Shown here: one piece after another, positions 27,986 through 38,001 of the stretch | How the letters are laid out: every line of letters begins with the position of its first letter | Position numbering within the stretch: position 1 is the first letter of the stretch | Assembly: GCA_051859245.1 (NCBI GenBank) | Contig: JBHYGA010000005.1 | Span: 763,537 to 827,536 of the forward strand | DNA from: Gemmatimonadaceae bacterium | GTDB lineage: Bacteria > Gemmatimonadota > Gemmatimonadetes > Gemmatimonadales > Gemmatimonadaceae | DNA: 64,000 nt | Direction of reading: 5' to 3' | Program-made: the position numbers and the translations under genes | Notes under the pieces: model-generated | What the model was told of the DNA's origin: nothing | Seen by the model: the letters and a program-made list of their open reading frames with translations, nothing else | Databases searched by the model: none

Positions 27986-29875
27986 GTGATGGTCTGGCTG
28001 CTGGCGACCTTGATCGCCCTGATCGGCGCGTGGATCGCGTACGGCCCACTGTGGCGCGCACCGTCGTCGGCACGCGGATCTCTCGCCGACGAACTCTCGC
28101 GCCCCGTCACCCCCACGCGTTCGTCGTCACTCGCGCTCGGTGCGTTGCGTGCCGGCGCATATCTGTGTCTGATCGCCATGTTGCTCGGTGCGCCGTCTGG
28201 CGCGCGCGAGCCGCTCGCGCCGCTCGCCGTACTCGATGTATCGCAGAGTTGGTTGCGCGGCGGCAGCAACGCGCAGTGGCGTGCGGCGCTCGATTCGATG
28301 CGCGCCGTTGGTGGCGATAGCGTCCTGCTCTTTGGTGACTCGGCGCGCATTGTATCGCGCGGTGATGTGGATGAGAGCTTCGCGCGCGATCAGCGATCAC
28401 TGTTGCAGCCCGTGATCGATCAGGCCACCGCATTGGGTCGAGCTGTTGCGGTGATCACAGATGCAGAGCTCGATGATCCCGCCGCGATGTTGCGTTTGCC
28501 GGCGGGATCACGCGTAGTGCGGATGGCGCATGCGCGTGCGGTCGACGCGGCGGTGGCGCAGCTCGACGTGCCAACGTTTGCCACCGGTGGTGACTCTATC
28601 GTCGTGTCCGCAACGATTGTGGCCGGCAACGATAGTGTGCGCAGTGCGGCGTTCGTGGTACTGCTCGACAATGCCGAGCTCGCACGTACGCCGGTTCGTG
28701 TGCTTGAACCGTTTGCGTCGCAGCAGCAGGAGTTGCGAGTCGCGTTGCCGCGCGGCGCTGGCGAGCGCGAACTCTCGGCCGTTGTGATTGCAACCGGTGA
28801 CAATGTTTCGCACAACGACACGCTGTCGAGCATCATCGAGGTGAGTGATCGTCCGCGCGTGGTGTTTGTCTCAACGAGCCCGGATCTAGACGTGCGCGAA
28901 GCACTGCGCGTATTGCGCGGTTCGGTGAGGCTGCCGGTTCGCGGATACCTGCGCGTTGCGCCTGGCATCTGGCGTGAAGAGGGCACGCTTGCCGCGGTCA
29001 GCGAAACCGATGTGCAGTCGCGCGCGGCCGCCGCTGGTTTGCTCGTGCTGCATGGTGACTCGCTCTGGAATGGCGTGGTAGCCGCCAGACGCGGACCGGT
29101 TGTGGTGTGGTCGCCGGCGCCAGCGCCCGTTGCGGCACGACCCGGCGAAATCAATCGACAGGTCGAATGGTACGTCTCGCGCATTCCGGCGTCGCCACTT
29201 ACAAGCGCGCTTGCGGCGTTGCCACTGGATTCACTGCCGCCGTTGGATGTTGGTGGCGCGACTATCGGTGGTATTCCGGTGCTTGAAGCCCGCGCGGGTC
29301 GTGCCGGAGACCCGCGAGTGATTGCGGCCGTGGGTAGCGACGCAGGGCCGAGACGCCTTCGCGTGTCTGGGTCGGGCTACGCGGCGTGGGCGTTGCGAGG
29401 CGGCCGATCGGCAGACGCCTTCACCGCACTCTGGGGGGCGATGTTCGACTGGATGGCCGCGTCGCAAACCGATGGCGCCAGCGCGTCACTGGCCGCGAAC
29501 GTTGTGCGCGCTGGTGACCCGCTGCGTTGGCGACGCGGTGGTACCGATAGCGTGGTGACCGCCGAGATCACGAGTGCGACAGGCGGCGTAGACTCGGTCG
29601 TACTGCGCTTTTCTGCAACGCAGGATCTGGTGGAAACGGCGTCGCTCACCGAAGGCCGATACAGTGTACGAACCGGTGAGACAACACGACGCCTGGTGGT
29701 GAACCCGTCTCGTGAATGGGTGCCGCGCGCACCAACGCCCGCGCCAGACGTATCGGCCGCCGGCGCGCCATTGATGGCCGCACGTCCGCTGATCGAGCGC
29801 ACGTGGCCGTTTGTGCTGGCACTGCTCCTGTTGAGCGGCGAGTGGTTACTGCGCCGCCGCGTGGGCCTGCGCTAA
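27986..29875 (+). CDS. membrane-anchored protein with reduced vWA-like domain and beta-rich regions
   Basis: Two N-terminal TMs; DxSxS (LDVSQS) and AVITD as MIDAS-like remnants; C-terminal TM ending EWLLRRRVGL. Confidence 0.6.
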   Translation: MMVWLLATLIALIGAWIAYGPLWRAPSSARGSLADELSRPVTPTRSSSLALGALRAGAYLCLIAMLLGAPSGAREPLAPLAVLDVSQSWLRGGSNAQWRAALDSMRAVGGDSVLLFGDSARIVSRGDVDESFARDQRSLLQPVIDQATALGRAVAVITDAELDDPAAMLRLPAGSRVVRMAHARAVDAAVAQLDVPTFATGGDSIVVSATIVAGNDSVRSAAFVVLLDNAELARTPVRVLEPFASQQQELRVALPRGAGERELSAVVIATGDNVSHNDTLSSIIEVSDRPRVVFVSTSPDLDVREALRVLRGSVRLPVRGYLRVAPGIWREEGTLAAVSETDVQSRAAAAGLLVLHGDSLWNGVVAARRGPVVVWSPAPAPVAARPGEINRQVEWYVSRIPASPLTSALAALPLDSLPPLDVGGATIGGIPVLEARAGRAGDPRVIAAVGSDAGPRRLRVSGSGYAAWALRGGRSADAFTALWGAMFDWMAASQTDGASASLAANVVRAGDPLRWRRGGTDSVVTAEITSATGGVDSVVLRFSATQDLVETASLTEGRYSVRTGETTRRLVVNPSREWVPRAPTPAPDVSAAGAPLMAARPLIERTWPFVLALLLLSGEWLLRRRVGLR

Positions 29876-29904
29876 GTTTCAGGGATACTCGTCACAGGTA
29901 CGAC

Positions 29905-30837
29905 ATGGCTCGATTATTCAAACGCGAGGGCGACACGCCCAAGCGTTCGCTCTGGCAAAAAGTCAAAGACCTCGCGCGCACCGACTTTGGTGTGCTGCTG
30001 CGTGGTGGCGTTGATCCGGGTTCGCTCGAAGCACTCGAGACGATGTTGCTCGAGTCGGATTTTGGCGTGCCCACAACGCTGCGACTGGTCGAAGAGGTTG
30101 AGCGCCTGGCCAAGCGCGGCGCGATCGAAACCGAAGACGAATTCCGTGAGGCGCTTCGCGTTGGTATTCGTGATGCACTCACCGCGGGTGAAAGCAATCC
30201 AGCGCTTCGCTACTCGGCCACTGCACCGACTGTCTTGCTGGTGATCGGTGTAAACGGTGCCGGCAAGACCACGTTCATTGGCAAGCTGGCCACTCGACTG
30301 CGCGGTGAAGGAAAGCGCGTGCTGGTTGGTGCCGCTGATACGTTTCGCGCTGGCGCGATTGATCAGCTCCGTGTGTGGGCCGAACGTGCCGGTGCCGACT
30401 TTGTGGGTGCACAGGCGGGTGCGGATCCGGCTGCGGTGGCATTCGACGCGATCGATGCCGCGGCAAAGCGCGGCTGCGATGTGGTGATTGTTGACACCGC
30501 TGGTCGTTTGCATACCAGCAGCGACCTCATGACCGAGCTCAAGAAAATTCATCGTGTGCTCGGCAAACGACTTGACGATGCGCCGCACGAAGTGCTGCTG
30601 GTGCTCGACGGTACGATTGGTCAGAATGCACTCGCGCAGGCGCGCACGTTCAGCGCGGCGGTGCCGGTGACGGGATTGGTTGTCACCAAGCTTGACGGTA
30701 CCGCGAAGGGCGGCGTTGTCGTGGCTGTACACGAAGCATTGAACGTGCCGATCAAGTTTGTCGGCATGGGCGAAAAGGCGCAGGATCTTGAGGCCTTTGA
30801 TGCCGATCGTTTTGCCACGGAGCTCGTCTCGTCGTGA
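29905..30837 (+). CDS. ftsY: signal recognition particle receptor FtsY
   Basis: GVNGAGKTT, DTFRAGA, DTAGR, DGTIGQN, TKLDGTAKGG; start set at ATG 29905. Confidence 0.96.
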   Translation: MARLFKREGDTPKRSLWQKVKDLARTDFGVLLRGGVDPGSLEALETMLLESDFGVPTTLRLVEEVERLAKRGAIETEDEFREALRVGIRDALTAGESNPALRYSATAPTVLLVIGVNGAGKTTFIGKLATRLRGEGKRVLVGAADTFRAGAIDQLRVWAERAGADFVGAQAGADPAAVAFDAIDAAAKRGCDVVIVDTAGRLHTSSDLMTELKKIHRVLGKRLDDAPHEVLLVLDGTIGQNALAQARTFSAAVPVTGLVVTKLDGTAKGGVVVAVHEALNVPIKFVGMGEKAQDLEAFDADRFATELVSS

Positions 30838-32960
30838 GTGCGGCGGAGGATTCGGCTCGGCGGCGACGCCGCACCGGGCCGCCTCCGCGACTCACGCTCG
30901 ATACGCCGGTCACGTATCTCAAAGGCGTTGGTCCAGCGCGCGCGGAATCGCTGCAGCGACTCGGCATACGTGTGGCTGGTGATCTGCTGCGCCACGTACC
31001 GCATCGCTACGAAGACGCGAGCACCGTCACGCCAATTGCCAAAGCAGCCGTTGGTGCCGATGTCACGGTGCTTGGTCAGGTCGTGGCCACCGGCGTGCTG
31101 CCCACGCGCAAAGGCTTGCGTGTGTTTCAGGCGGTGATCAAGGATTCATCCGGCTTGCTTGAGCTCGCCTGGCCTGGTCAACCGTTTCTTGAGCGCACCA
31201 TCAACAAAGGTGACTGGTTGTTGTGCACGGGCGAGGTGCGCTTTCATCACGGTCGGCGTTTGCAGCCTCGCGAGTTTGTGAATCTCGGCGCCGGTGATGA
31301 GAGTTCACTCGAAGGTCGCGTGCTGGCGGTGTATCCGGCCACGGAAGGATTAAGCGTACGGTGGTTGCGCACATTGGTCGATGCGCATCTCGACGCGCTG
31401 CTGCCGCAGATCAAGGAGCCGTTGCCGGCCGAGCTCTTGAAGGAGGCGGGTGTGCTGCCGCTGCCCGATGCGCTCCGGCGCATGCATCGACCGGCGTCCG
31501 TGGCCGACGCGCGGCTGGGACGCGAACGTCTCGCGTGGGAAGAGTTGTTGTGCGTGCACCTATTGCACAAACGTGCGAACATTCTTTCGCGCGAAACCCG
31601 TGTTGGTGTGCAGTTCGAAAATCGCAAAGTACTCACGCGCCAGTTGCGTGAGGCGCTGCCGTTTACGCTCACTGGCGCACAGATCCGAGCGGTGCGCGAG
31701 ATCGTCGGTGATCTGTGCAGCCCGAAGCGCATGCATCGGCTGTTGCAGGGAGACGTAGGCAGCGGCAAAACTGTCGTCGCACTGTTCTCCGCGCTGCTGG
31801 TCATGGAGAATGGATTTCAGGCGGCGATCATGGCGCCCACGGAGTTGCTCGCCGAGCAGCATGCGCGCACGGCGGAACGGCTGCTCGCACCGCTCGGTAT
31901 TTCCCCGGTACTGCTTACGGGTCGGTTGGGCGCGAAAGAGCGACGGGCAGCGCTCACGCGTATTGCGTCTGTGGAACCGGTGCTTGCGATCGGTACACAC
32001 GCGCTGTTTCAGAGCGGTGTGGAGTTTGCCAAGCTTGGTTTGGCGATTATTGACGAGCAACATCGCTTTGGTGTGGAGCAGCGCGCGGCACTCGGGGCCA
32101 AGGGCGCGAGCGGTGCGCCGCCGGATGTGCTACTCATGACGGCCACGCCCATTCCGCGATCGCTCGCGCTCACGCTGTACGGCGATCTCGACGTGTCCAC
32201 GCTCGACGAACGGCCGCCCGGCCGACAGCCTATTACCACGGTGCATCGCCGGGAATCAGCGCGTGCGCGGGTGTTTTCGTTTGTTGAATCGGAGCTGCAG
32301 TTCGGGCGACAGGCATACGTCGTGTATCCGGTGATTGAGGCGTCGGAGAAAACAGATCTGCGCGACGCGACCAGCATGTACGAGGCGCTTGCGGCCGGTC
32401 CCTTCGCCTCACGTCGCGTGGCGCTGCTGCATGGTCGTCTGCCCGCGGACGAACGTGACATCATCATGCGCGCCTTTCGCGATGGGGCGATTGATGTGTT
32501 GGTGGCCACCACTGTGATCGAAGTTGGCATTGATGTGCCAAACGCCACGGTCATGGTGATTGAGCATCCGGAGCGTTTCGGATTGTCGCAACTGCATCAG
32601 CTACGCGGACGCGTGGGCCGCGGCGCGGCGCAATCGTACTGCATTCTGCTCGGCGATGTTGGGGTAGAAGCCGGTGCGCGGTTGCAGGTGGTCGTAGACA
32701 CGGAAGACGGCTTCGAAATATCGCGCGCTGATTTGCAAATGCGCGGTATGGGCGATTTGTTTGGCGCACGTCAATCCGGGCTGCCAGCGTTTCGGATTGC
32801 GGATCCCATCAATGACGAGGTGCTCAACACGAGTGCCCGCGCCACGGCGGAGCGCATGCTGGCGAGTGATCCGGCGCTCGAGCGTAAAGAGAACACGGGT
32901 GTGCGGCAGCTGTTGACGGTGAACTATGCGCGGGCGCTAGAGTTGTTCCAGGTTGGGTGA
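30834..32960 (+). CDS. recG: ATP-dependent DNA helicase RecG
   Basis: LKGVGP, PHRYED, LLQGDVGSGKT, APTELLAEQH, DEQHRFG, MTATPIPR, QLHQLRGRVGRG, DGFEI. Confidence 0.97.
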   Translation: MSAAEDSARRRRRTGPPPRLTLDTPVTYLKGVGPARAESLQRLGIRVAGDLLRHVPHRYEDASTVTPIAKAAVGADVTVLGQVVATGVLPTRKGLRVFQAVIKDSSGLLELAWPGQPFLERTINKGDWLLCTGEVRFHHGRRLQPREFVNLGAGDESSLEGRVLAVYPATEGLSVRWLRTLVDAHLDALLPQIKEPLPAELLKEAGVLPLPDALRRMHRPASVADARLGRERLAWEELLCVHLLHKRANILSRETRVGVQFENRKVLTRQLREALPFTLTGAQIRAVREIVGDLCSPKRMHRLLQGDVGSGKTVVALFSALLVMENGFQAAIMAPTELLAEQHARTAERLLAPLGISPVLLTGRLGAKERRAALTRIASVEPVLAIGTHALFQSGVEFAKLGLAIIDEQHRFGVEQRAALGAKGASGAPPDVLLMTATPIPRSLALTLYGDLDVSTLDERPPGRQPITTVHRRESARARVFSFVESELQFGRQAYVVYPVIEASEKTDLRDATSMYEALAAGPFASRRVALLHGRLPADERDIIMRAFRDGAIDVLVATTVIEVGIDVPNATVMVIEHPERFGLSQLHQLRGRVGRGAAQSYCILLGDVGVEAGARLQVVVDTEDGFEISRADLQMRGMGDLFGARQSGLPAFRIADPINDEVLNTSARATAERMLASDPALERKENTGVRQLLTVNYARALELFQVG

Positions 32961-33010
32961 GGCGGGCCACTTGCTAAGACCACCGGGTCTGTGTTGCTCC
33001 GGAATGTGAA

Positions 33011-33175
33011 AACTGCTTGGAACGCAGAGGCGCAGAGTCGCAGAGACTGCATGTAGGAACGCTGTGTTGCTGCATGCTGCCATCGCAAAATGTTTGTGGC
33101 TATTGACCCTCAAGTTTGTTTCGGCGTGTACTCTCTGCGCCTCTGCGCCTCTGCGCCTCTGCGTTCAATGCAGTT
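33011..33175. repeat. intergenic element with ~35-bp imperfect terminal inverted repeats built from tandem CTCTGCGC octamers (MITE/REP-like)
   Basis: Left arm 33011-33046 AACTGCTTGGAACGCAGAGGCGCAGAGTCGCAGAGA. The right arm 33132-33175 reverse-complements to AACTGCATTGAACGCAGAGGCGCAGAGGCGCAGAGGCGCAGAGA. The spacer is more AT-rich than the flanks. Confidence 0.85.
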
Positions 33176-33221
33176 ACAAGGCTAGCGACCTAAGACCAAC
33201 GCCTCGCCTCAGACACCGCAA

Positions 33222-33431
33222 CTAGCGCCCCGCACCCGTCGCGCACCCCGGAAAACCCACCCGTGCCAGAATCTTCTCGAGCGGACAGAAGTTGGTGTAG
33301 CTCGACTGCAGCAGATTGAATCCCACGAACGCGGTGAACGCAAAGAACCATGGGTTCACCCAGACGCCGAGCGCCACGCTAACCATCACAAACACGCCGG
33401 CGAAACGGCGAATGATATTGTCAGCACACAT
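33222..33431 (-). CDS. DUF2892/YgaP-like small membrane protein
   Basis: IIRRFAG...FTAFVGFNLLQSSYTNFCPLEKIL, with the family-typical (F/W)CP; start set at ATG 33431. Confidence 0.85.
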   Translation of the reverse strand: MCADNIIRRFAGVFVMVSVALGVWVNPWFFAFTAFVGFNLLQSSYTNFCPLEKILARVGFPGCATGAGR

Positions 33432-33460
33432 GTTGTTGAGTCCGTGAAAGAGTAGACAGA

Positions 33461-33754
33461 TCATGCGAACGATTCGACCGGCAAAACGGCAATGTGAAGC
33501 GATTCACCGGCTGGAAGTGACGCGCCCGCTACGCGCAGCGCCGATTGCAACGTTTCCACCTGTTCCTGCGGCACCACCGTAACCAACATCGTGCCAATAC
33601 CAGGGAACGCGCGCGTCCCTTCGTGCCGGCCACCAAGACCGGCACCGGTGACGTCGTGCAACACGGAGTAGCCAGGTGCACCGTGCGCTTCAAGCACCAA
33701 CGAGATGCGTTGCGGGTTCGCGCCCGCGTACATCATGAGCAGCAGTTTCGACAT
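33461..33754 (-). CDS. P-II/GlnB-like-fold transporter-associated protein
   Basis: 97 aa; GYSVLHDVTGAGLGG, HEGTRAFPG and C-terminal AVLPVE resemble P-II-like proteins encoded after RND pumps; GGAGG before ATG. Confidence 0.65.
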   Translation of the reverse strand: MSKLLLMMYAGANPQRISLVLEAHGAPGYSVLHDVTGAGLGGRHEGTRAFPGIGTMLVTVVPQEQVETLQSALRVAGASLPAGESLHIAVLPVESFA

Positions 33755-36700
33755 CACGGGCCTCCGCCCGGCGGCGCAGCTCCCAATAGAGCAGCGGCAC
33801 CACCACCATGGTGAGCAACGTGGCCACAATGGCGCCGCCAATCAGCGCCACCGCGAGCCCCTGGAAAATCGGATCAAGCACCATCACCAAGCCGCCAATC
33901 ACAACGGCGGCTGCGGTCAACGCGATTGGGCGGAAGCGTACCGCACCCGCTTCAAGTACCGCTTGCACCAGCGGTCGCTCGCGTTCTTCCGCGAGCTGAA
34001 TGAAGTCCACCAGCAGAATCGAGTTGCGCACAATGATGCCGGCCAATGCGATCATGCCGATCATTGATGTGGCGGTGAAAAACGCACCCGTGAGTGCATG
34101 CGCCGGCAGAATGCCAACCAGCGTGAGCGGAATCGGCGCCATGATCACGAGCGGCGTAGAGAAGGACTGGAACCACGCCACCACCAGCACGTAGATCAGC
34201 ACGAGTACCACCGCGAATGCGATACCGAGATCACGAAACACTTCAATCGTGACCTGCCACTCACCGTCCCACTTGACTGCCGTTTCATCGAGCCGATCCG
34301 GCTGCACGGCGTTGTAGCGCGTGATGTTCGCGCCGGCCACCTGAATCGTATCCAGCACTTTGTTCAACGCGAGAATCGCGTACACCGGTGCTTCCACTTC
34401 ACCAGCAACGTCGGCCGTTACATAGATCACTGGCCGCAGATTCTTGCGGTGCCGCGACAGTGCACGCACGGATGAGTCGACCTGTACGAAGCGGCCGAGT
34501 GGCTGCGGACCCATGCCCGTGGTCACAGGCAGTGCCAACAAGCGATCCACGCTTGAGCGATCCGCAACATCAAGGCGCGGGATCACCGCGACTGGTTCAC
34601 GTGAGGTCGTGGACTGCAGTGTGCCCATTGGCATGCCGCTCACCGCCATGGCCACCGTCTGTGTAAGCAGTGGCACATCGGCGCCTGCACGCGCCGCCGC
34701 CGCACGATCCACGCGAAACGCCATTTGCGCGGACGGTGATTCAACCGTCCAATCCACATCCACCACACCCGCGGCTGATTCAAACGCCGTCTTCACTTTG
34801 CGCGCGGCTTCAAGACGCGTGGAATCGTCCGCCGCGTAAATCTCGGCGACCATGGTCGAAAGCACCGGCGGTCCCGGCGGAATCTCCGCCACCTTGGCGC
34901 TCGCGCCGTACTGACGCGCAATGGAGTCCACCATCGGTCGCACCGACACCGCGATTTCGTGACTCTGCCGCGACCGATCGTGCTTGGCCGCGAGGTTCAC
35001 CTGAATATCCGACACGTTCGCGCCGCGGCGCAGAAAGTAGTGTCGCACCAGTCCGTTAAAGTTGAACGGTGCGGATGTACCCGCGTACACCTGCGTGCTC
35101 GTCACTTCGGGCACGGTGCGCAGCTCACGCGCGATCGCTTCCGATGCGGCGAGCGTGGTTTCCAGCGTTGTGGTTTCCGGGAAGTCGAGCACTACCTGGA
35201 ACTCGGACTTGTTGTCGAACGGCAGCATCTTCACTTGCACCGCGCCAACACCAACCAGCGCCATCGAACCCAGCAGCAGCACCAAGGTGCCGGCGTAGAA
35301 CGCCATGCGTGTGCCGCGGCGTTCAATGAGCGGCGTCATCAGCCGGGCGTAGAACTTGCCAAACCCGTTCTTGAGCACATCGGCGTCGTCGCCGCCGTGC
35401 GAGGATGCACCGTGCGAAGACGCACCGTGTGCACCTTCCTTGGGTACATGACCACGCAACAACCGATAGCCGAGCCACGGCGTGACAATGAATGCCACAC
35501 CGAGCGACGCGAGCATGGCGACAGACGCGCCAACAGGGATGGGACGCATGTAGGGACCCATCATGCCCGACACAAACATCATGGGCAGAATCGCTGCGAT
35601 CACTGTGAACGTGGCAAGAATTGTGGGATTGCCCACTTCGTCCACGGCTTCAACCGCAGCCACGTCGGCCGGCCGGTCACGCATGGCGACGTGTCGCGCA
35701 ATGTTCTCCACCACAACAATCGCATCGTCAACCAGAATGCCAATGGAGAAGATCAAGGCGAACAGCGTAATGCGATTCAGCGTGTAGCCCATCAGGTAGT
35801 ACACGAACAACGTGAGGGCGAGCGTGACTGGAACAGCCACAAGCACGACCACCGCTTCGCGCCAGCCGAGGAACAGCCACACGAGCGCGGTGACGGACAG
35901 CGTGGCAATGGCCAAATGCAGGATCAGTTCAGACGCTTTTTCCGCGGCCGTCTCACCGTAGTCACGAGTGATATCCACCTGCATGCCTTCCGGCACGACA
36001 CGACCACGCGACTGCTCCAGCCGTTCAATCGCGGCGTGCGCAACCGTGGTGGCGTTCGAGCCCGCGCGTTTGGCGACAGCAATCGTGACCGCCGACCGCG
36101 GGGTGCCAGAGCCGGACGCCGTGGTGACATAGTTGGTTGGCTCACCAAACCCATCGTCAATGCGCGCGACATCACGAAGCGCGATCGCGCGTCCGTTACG
36201 GACAGCAATGATCACGTCGCCCACATCACCAGCGCTGGTGAACGGTGCTGCCACATCAATACGTACTGCCTGATTACCGGTGGCGAACTCACCGGCTTGC
36301 ACGCGCGCGTTCGCACCCATCAGCGCGCGCGCGATTTCTCCGGGCGTGACACCCGTCGCGGCGAGTCGCGCCGGATCGATCAACACCTGGACTTGTCGCG
36401 GCTCGCCGCCGACCAGAAACACCTGCGCCACATCGGGTACCGTGCGCAGCTCTTCAGCAATGTGCGCGGCAACCTGGCGCACCACGCCTGGTTCGGCGTT
36501 CGCATCCGACACAGTCAAGGCAAGAATCGGCACATCGTCGATCGCGTGCGGCTTCACGAGTGGTGGTGGTGCGCCCATCGGCCACGCGTCCATGCGCGAG
36601 AAGACTTTCGCATGCACCTTGGCCACACTTTCCGTCTGATCGGCACCAACGGTGAAGCGCGCCGTAATCATGCCGCCGCCGTCACCGCTCATGGCATACA

Positions 36701-36950
36701 CATGCTCAACACCGGAGATCTCGTACAGCGCCTGCTCGAGCGGCTTGATCACCTGCTGTTCCACTTCCCCCGATCCCGCGCCGGGCAACGCGGCGAAGAC
36801 GTCAATCATGGGCACCGAGATTTGCGGCTCTTCCTCGCGTGGTGTGGCCGCGAGGCCGATGGCGCCCACCAGCAGTGACGCGAGCGTGACCAGCGGTGTG
36901 AGCTTGCTGTTGAGAAACGCCTTCGCAATACGACCTGCGATGCCAGTCAT
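33690..36950 (-). CDS. RND efflux permease (AcrB/AcrD/AcrF family)
   Basis: PREEEPQI, TM4 GILVDDAIVVVENI, GMMGPYMRPIP, TM10 GIIVRNSILLVDF, RFRPIALT; 1086 aa. Confidence 0.95.
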   Translation of the reverse strand: MTGIAGRIAKAFLNSKLTPLVTLASLLVGAIGLAATPREEEPQISVPMIDVFAALPGAGSGEVEQQVIKPLEQALYEISGVEHVYAMSGDGGGMITARFTVGADQTESVAKVHAKVFSRMDAWPMGAPPPLVKPHAIDDVPILALTVSDANAEPGVVRQVAAHIAEELRTVPDVAQVFLVGGEPRQVQVLIDPARLAATGVTPGEIARALMGANARVQAGEFATGNQAVRIDVAAPFTSAGDVGDVIIAVRNGRAIALRDVARIDDGFGEPTNYVTTASGSGTPRSAVTIAVAKRAGSNATTVAHAAIERLEQSRGRVVPEGMQVDITRDYGETAAEKASELILHLAIATLSVTALVWLFLGWREAVVVLVAVPVTLALTLFVYYLMGYTLNRITLFALIFSIGILVDDAIVVVENIARHVAMRDRPADVAAVEAVDEVGNPTILATFTVIAAILPMMFVSGMMGPYMRPIPVGASVAMLASLGVAFIVTPWLGYRLLRGHVPKEGAHGASSHGASSHGGDDADVLKNGFGKFYARLMTPLIERRGTRMAFYAGTLVLLLGSMALVGVGAVQVKMLPFDNKSEFQVVLDFPETTTLETTLAASEAIARELRTVPEVTSTQVYAGTSAPFNFNGLVRHYFLRRGANVSDIQVNLAAKHDRSRQSHEIAVSVRPMVDSIARQYGASAKVAEIPPGPPVLSTMVAEIYAADDSTRLEAARKVKTAFESAAGVVDVDWTVESPSAQMAFRVDRAAAARAGADVPLLTQTVAMAVSGMPMGTLQSTTSREPVAVIPRLDVADRSSVDRLLALPVTTGMGPQPLGRFVQVDSSVRALSRHRKNLRPVIYVTADVAGEVEAPVYAILALNKVLDTIQVAGANITRYNAVQPDRLDETAVKWDGEWQVTIEVFRDLGIAFAVVLVLIYVLVVAWFQSFSTPLVIMAPIPLTLVGILPAHALTGAFFTATSMIGMIALAGIIVRNSILLVDFIQLAEERERPLVQAVLEAGAVRFRPIALTAAAVVIGGLVMVLDPIFQGLAVALIGGAIVATLLTMVVVPLLYWELRRRAEARDVETAAHDVRGREPATHLVGA

Positions 36951-37996
36951 AACTGCACCGCCGGAGTGTTCGGTACGAGGACCATGTCACCGGCATTCAC
37001 ACCGGAGAGAACTTCCACATACGCGCCGCGCGTGCGGCCCAGTCGCACCCAACGCCGCTCCACCGTATTGTTGGCGCGCACTTGCACGCCGGTGAGATCA
37101 CCTTCGCGCGTGATGGCGGACAGCGGCACCAGACGCACGGACTGCATCGCGCCCGGCAGCAAGACCGTGGCCGATCCACCAGAGGCGTGTTCACCTGACG
37201 TGTTCTTCACAATCACGTTCACGCTGTAGAGTCCGCCACTCGGTGCGGCAACAACGCCTTCGATCGTACCGGTGGCCGGCCGTCCTTCGATCATGACATC
37301 AACAGCGGCACCGCGACGCAGCGCGAGCGCCGCCGCAGGCGGTACGAGCGCCGAGACACGAAGCGTTCCCGACTGCTGCACCATGATGAGCGGCGCACCC
37401 GGCGCAGCGAACGCACCCGGATCAACAAAGCGCTGAGTGACCACGCCTGCGAACGGCGCGCGTACCGCACCGTACTCGCGAATGGCAGACGCCTCGGCCA
37501 CACCACCGCGCGCGCCCTGCACAGCGGCGCGAGCGCGCGCCAAACCGGCCTCGGCGGCGTCGAGCTGTGCCTTGGGTGCGGCGCTGTCGGCGAAAAGTGC
37601 ACGCATGCGCGCCACTTGCACTTCCGCATCGGCGAGCATGGCTTCCGCGCCTTGCAGATTACCATTGGCTTGTGTTGCCTTCGCGTCGATGTCTCGCACA
37701 TCAAGCGTCACGAGCAACTGACCGGCGCGCACCTGGTCGCCAGCCTGCACGTGCACCGCACTGACCGTCGCCATCAACTTGGTGGAGATTGTCGCACTGA
37801 GCAGCGGTGCGGCCGTTCCCACGGCTTCGGAAACATTGGGCAACTGGCTATCGATGACGGCGATTGCTCGCAGTCCATCAGTTGCGATGCTCGCGCGTGC
37901 CGGCGTGTTCGCCGCATCCGGAGCGTCGTTGCTGCACGCGGCGATCGCCGGTACGGCAACGAGAAACAGCACAGCGGTTCGCAGAGAGTTGCGCAT
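36947..37996 (-). CDS. RND periplasmic adaptor (membrane fusion) lipoprotein
   Basis: Lipobox IAAC; VQAGDQVRAGQLL, VRAPFAGVV, VEVLSGVNAGD. Confidence 0.93.
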   Translation of the reverse strand: MRNSLRTAVLFLVAVPAIAACSNDAPDAANTPARASIATDGLRAIAVIDSQLPNVSEAVGTAAPLLSATISTKLMATVSAVHVQAGDQVRAGQLLVTLDVRDIDAKATQANGNLQGAEAMLADAEVQVARMRALFADSAAPKAQLDAAEAGLARARAAVQGARGGVAEASAIREYGAVRAPFAGVVTQRFVDPGAFAAPGAPLIMVQQSGTLRVSALVPPAAALALRRGAAVDVMIEGRPATGTIEGVVAAPSGGLYSVNVIVKNTSGEHASGGSATVLLPGAMQSVRLVPLSAITREGDLTGVQVRANNTVERRWVRLGRTRGAYVEVLSGVNAGDMVLVPNTPAVQL

Positions 37997-38001
37997 CGTA
38001 T

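Noticed and set aside
33011..33175. CRISPR array or complete IS at the repeat element
   Set aside because: Units are contiguous 8-mers without spacers; no cas gene or transposase in the window.
34959..36878. 639-aa plus-strand ORF and other long antisense ORFs (e.g. 8172..9326, 12717..13709, 14379..15449, 41106..42146)
   Set aside because: Shadow frames of well-supported genes in GC-rich DNA; biased composition and no motifs.
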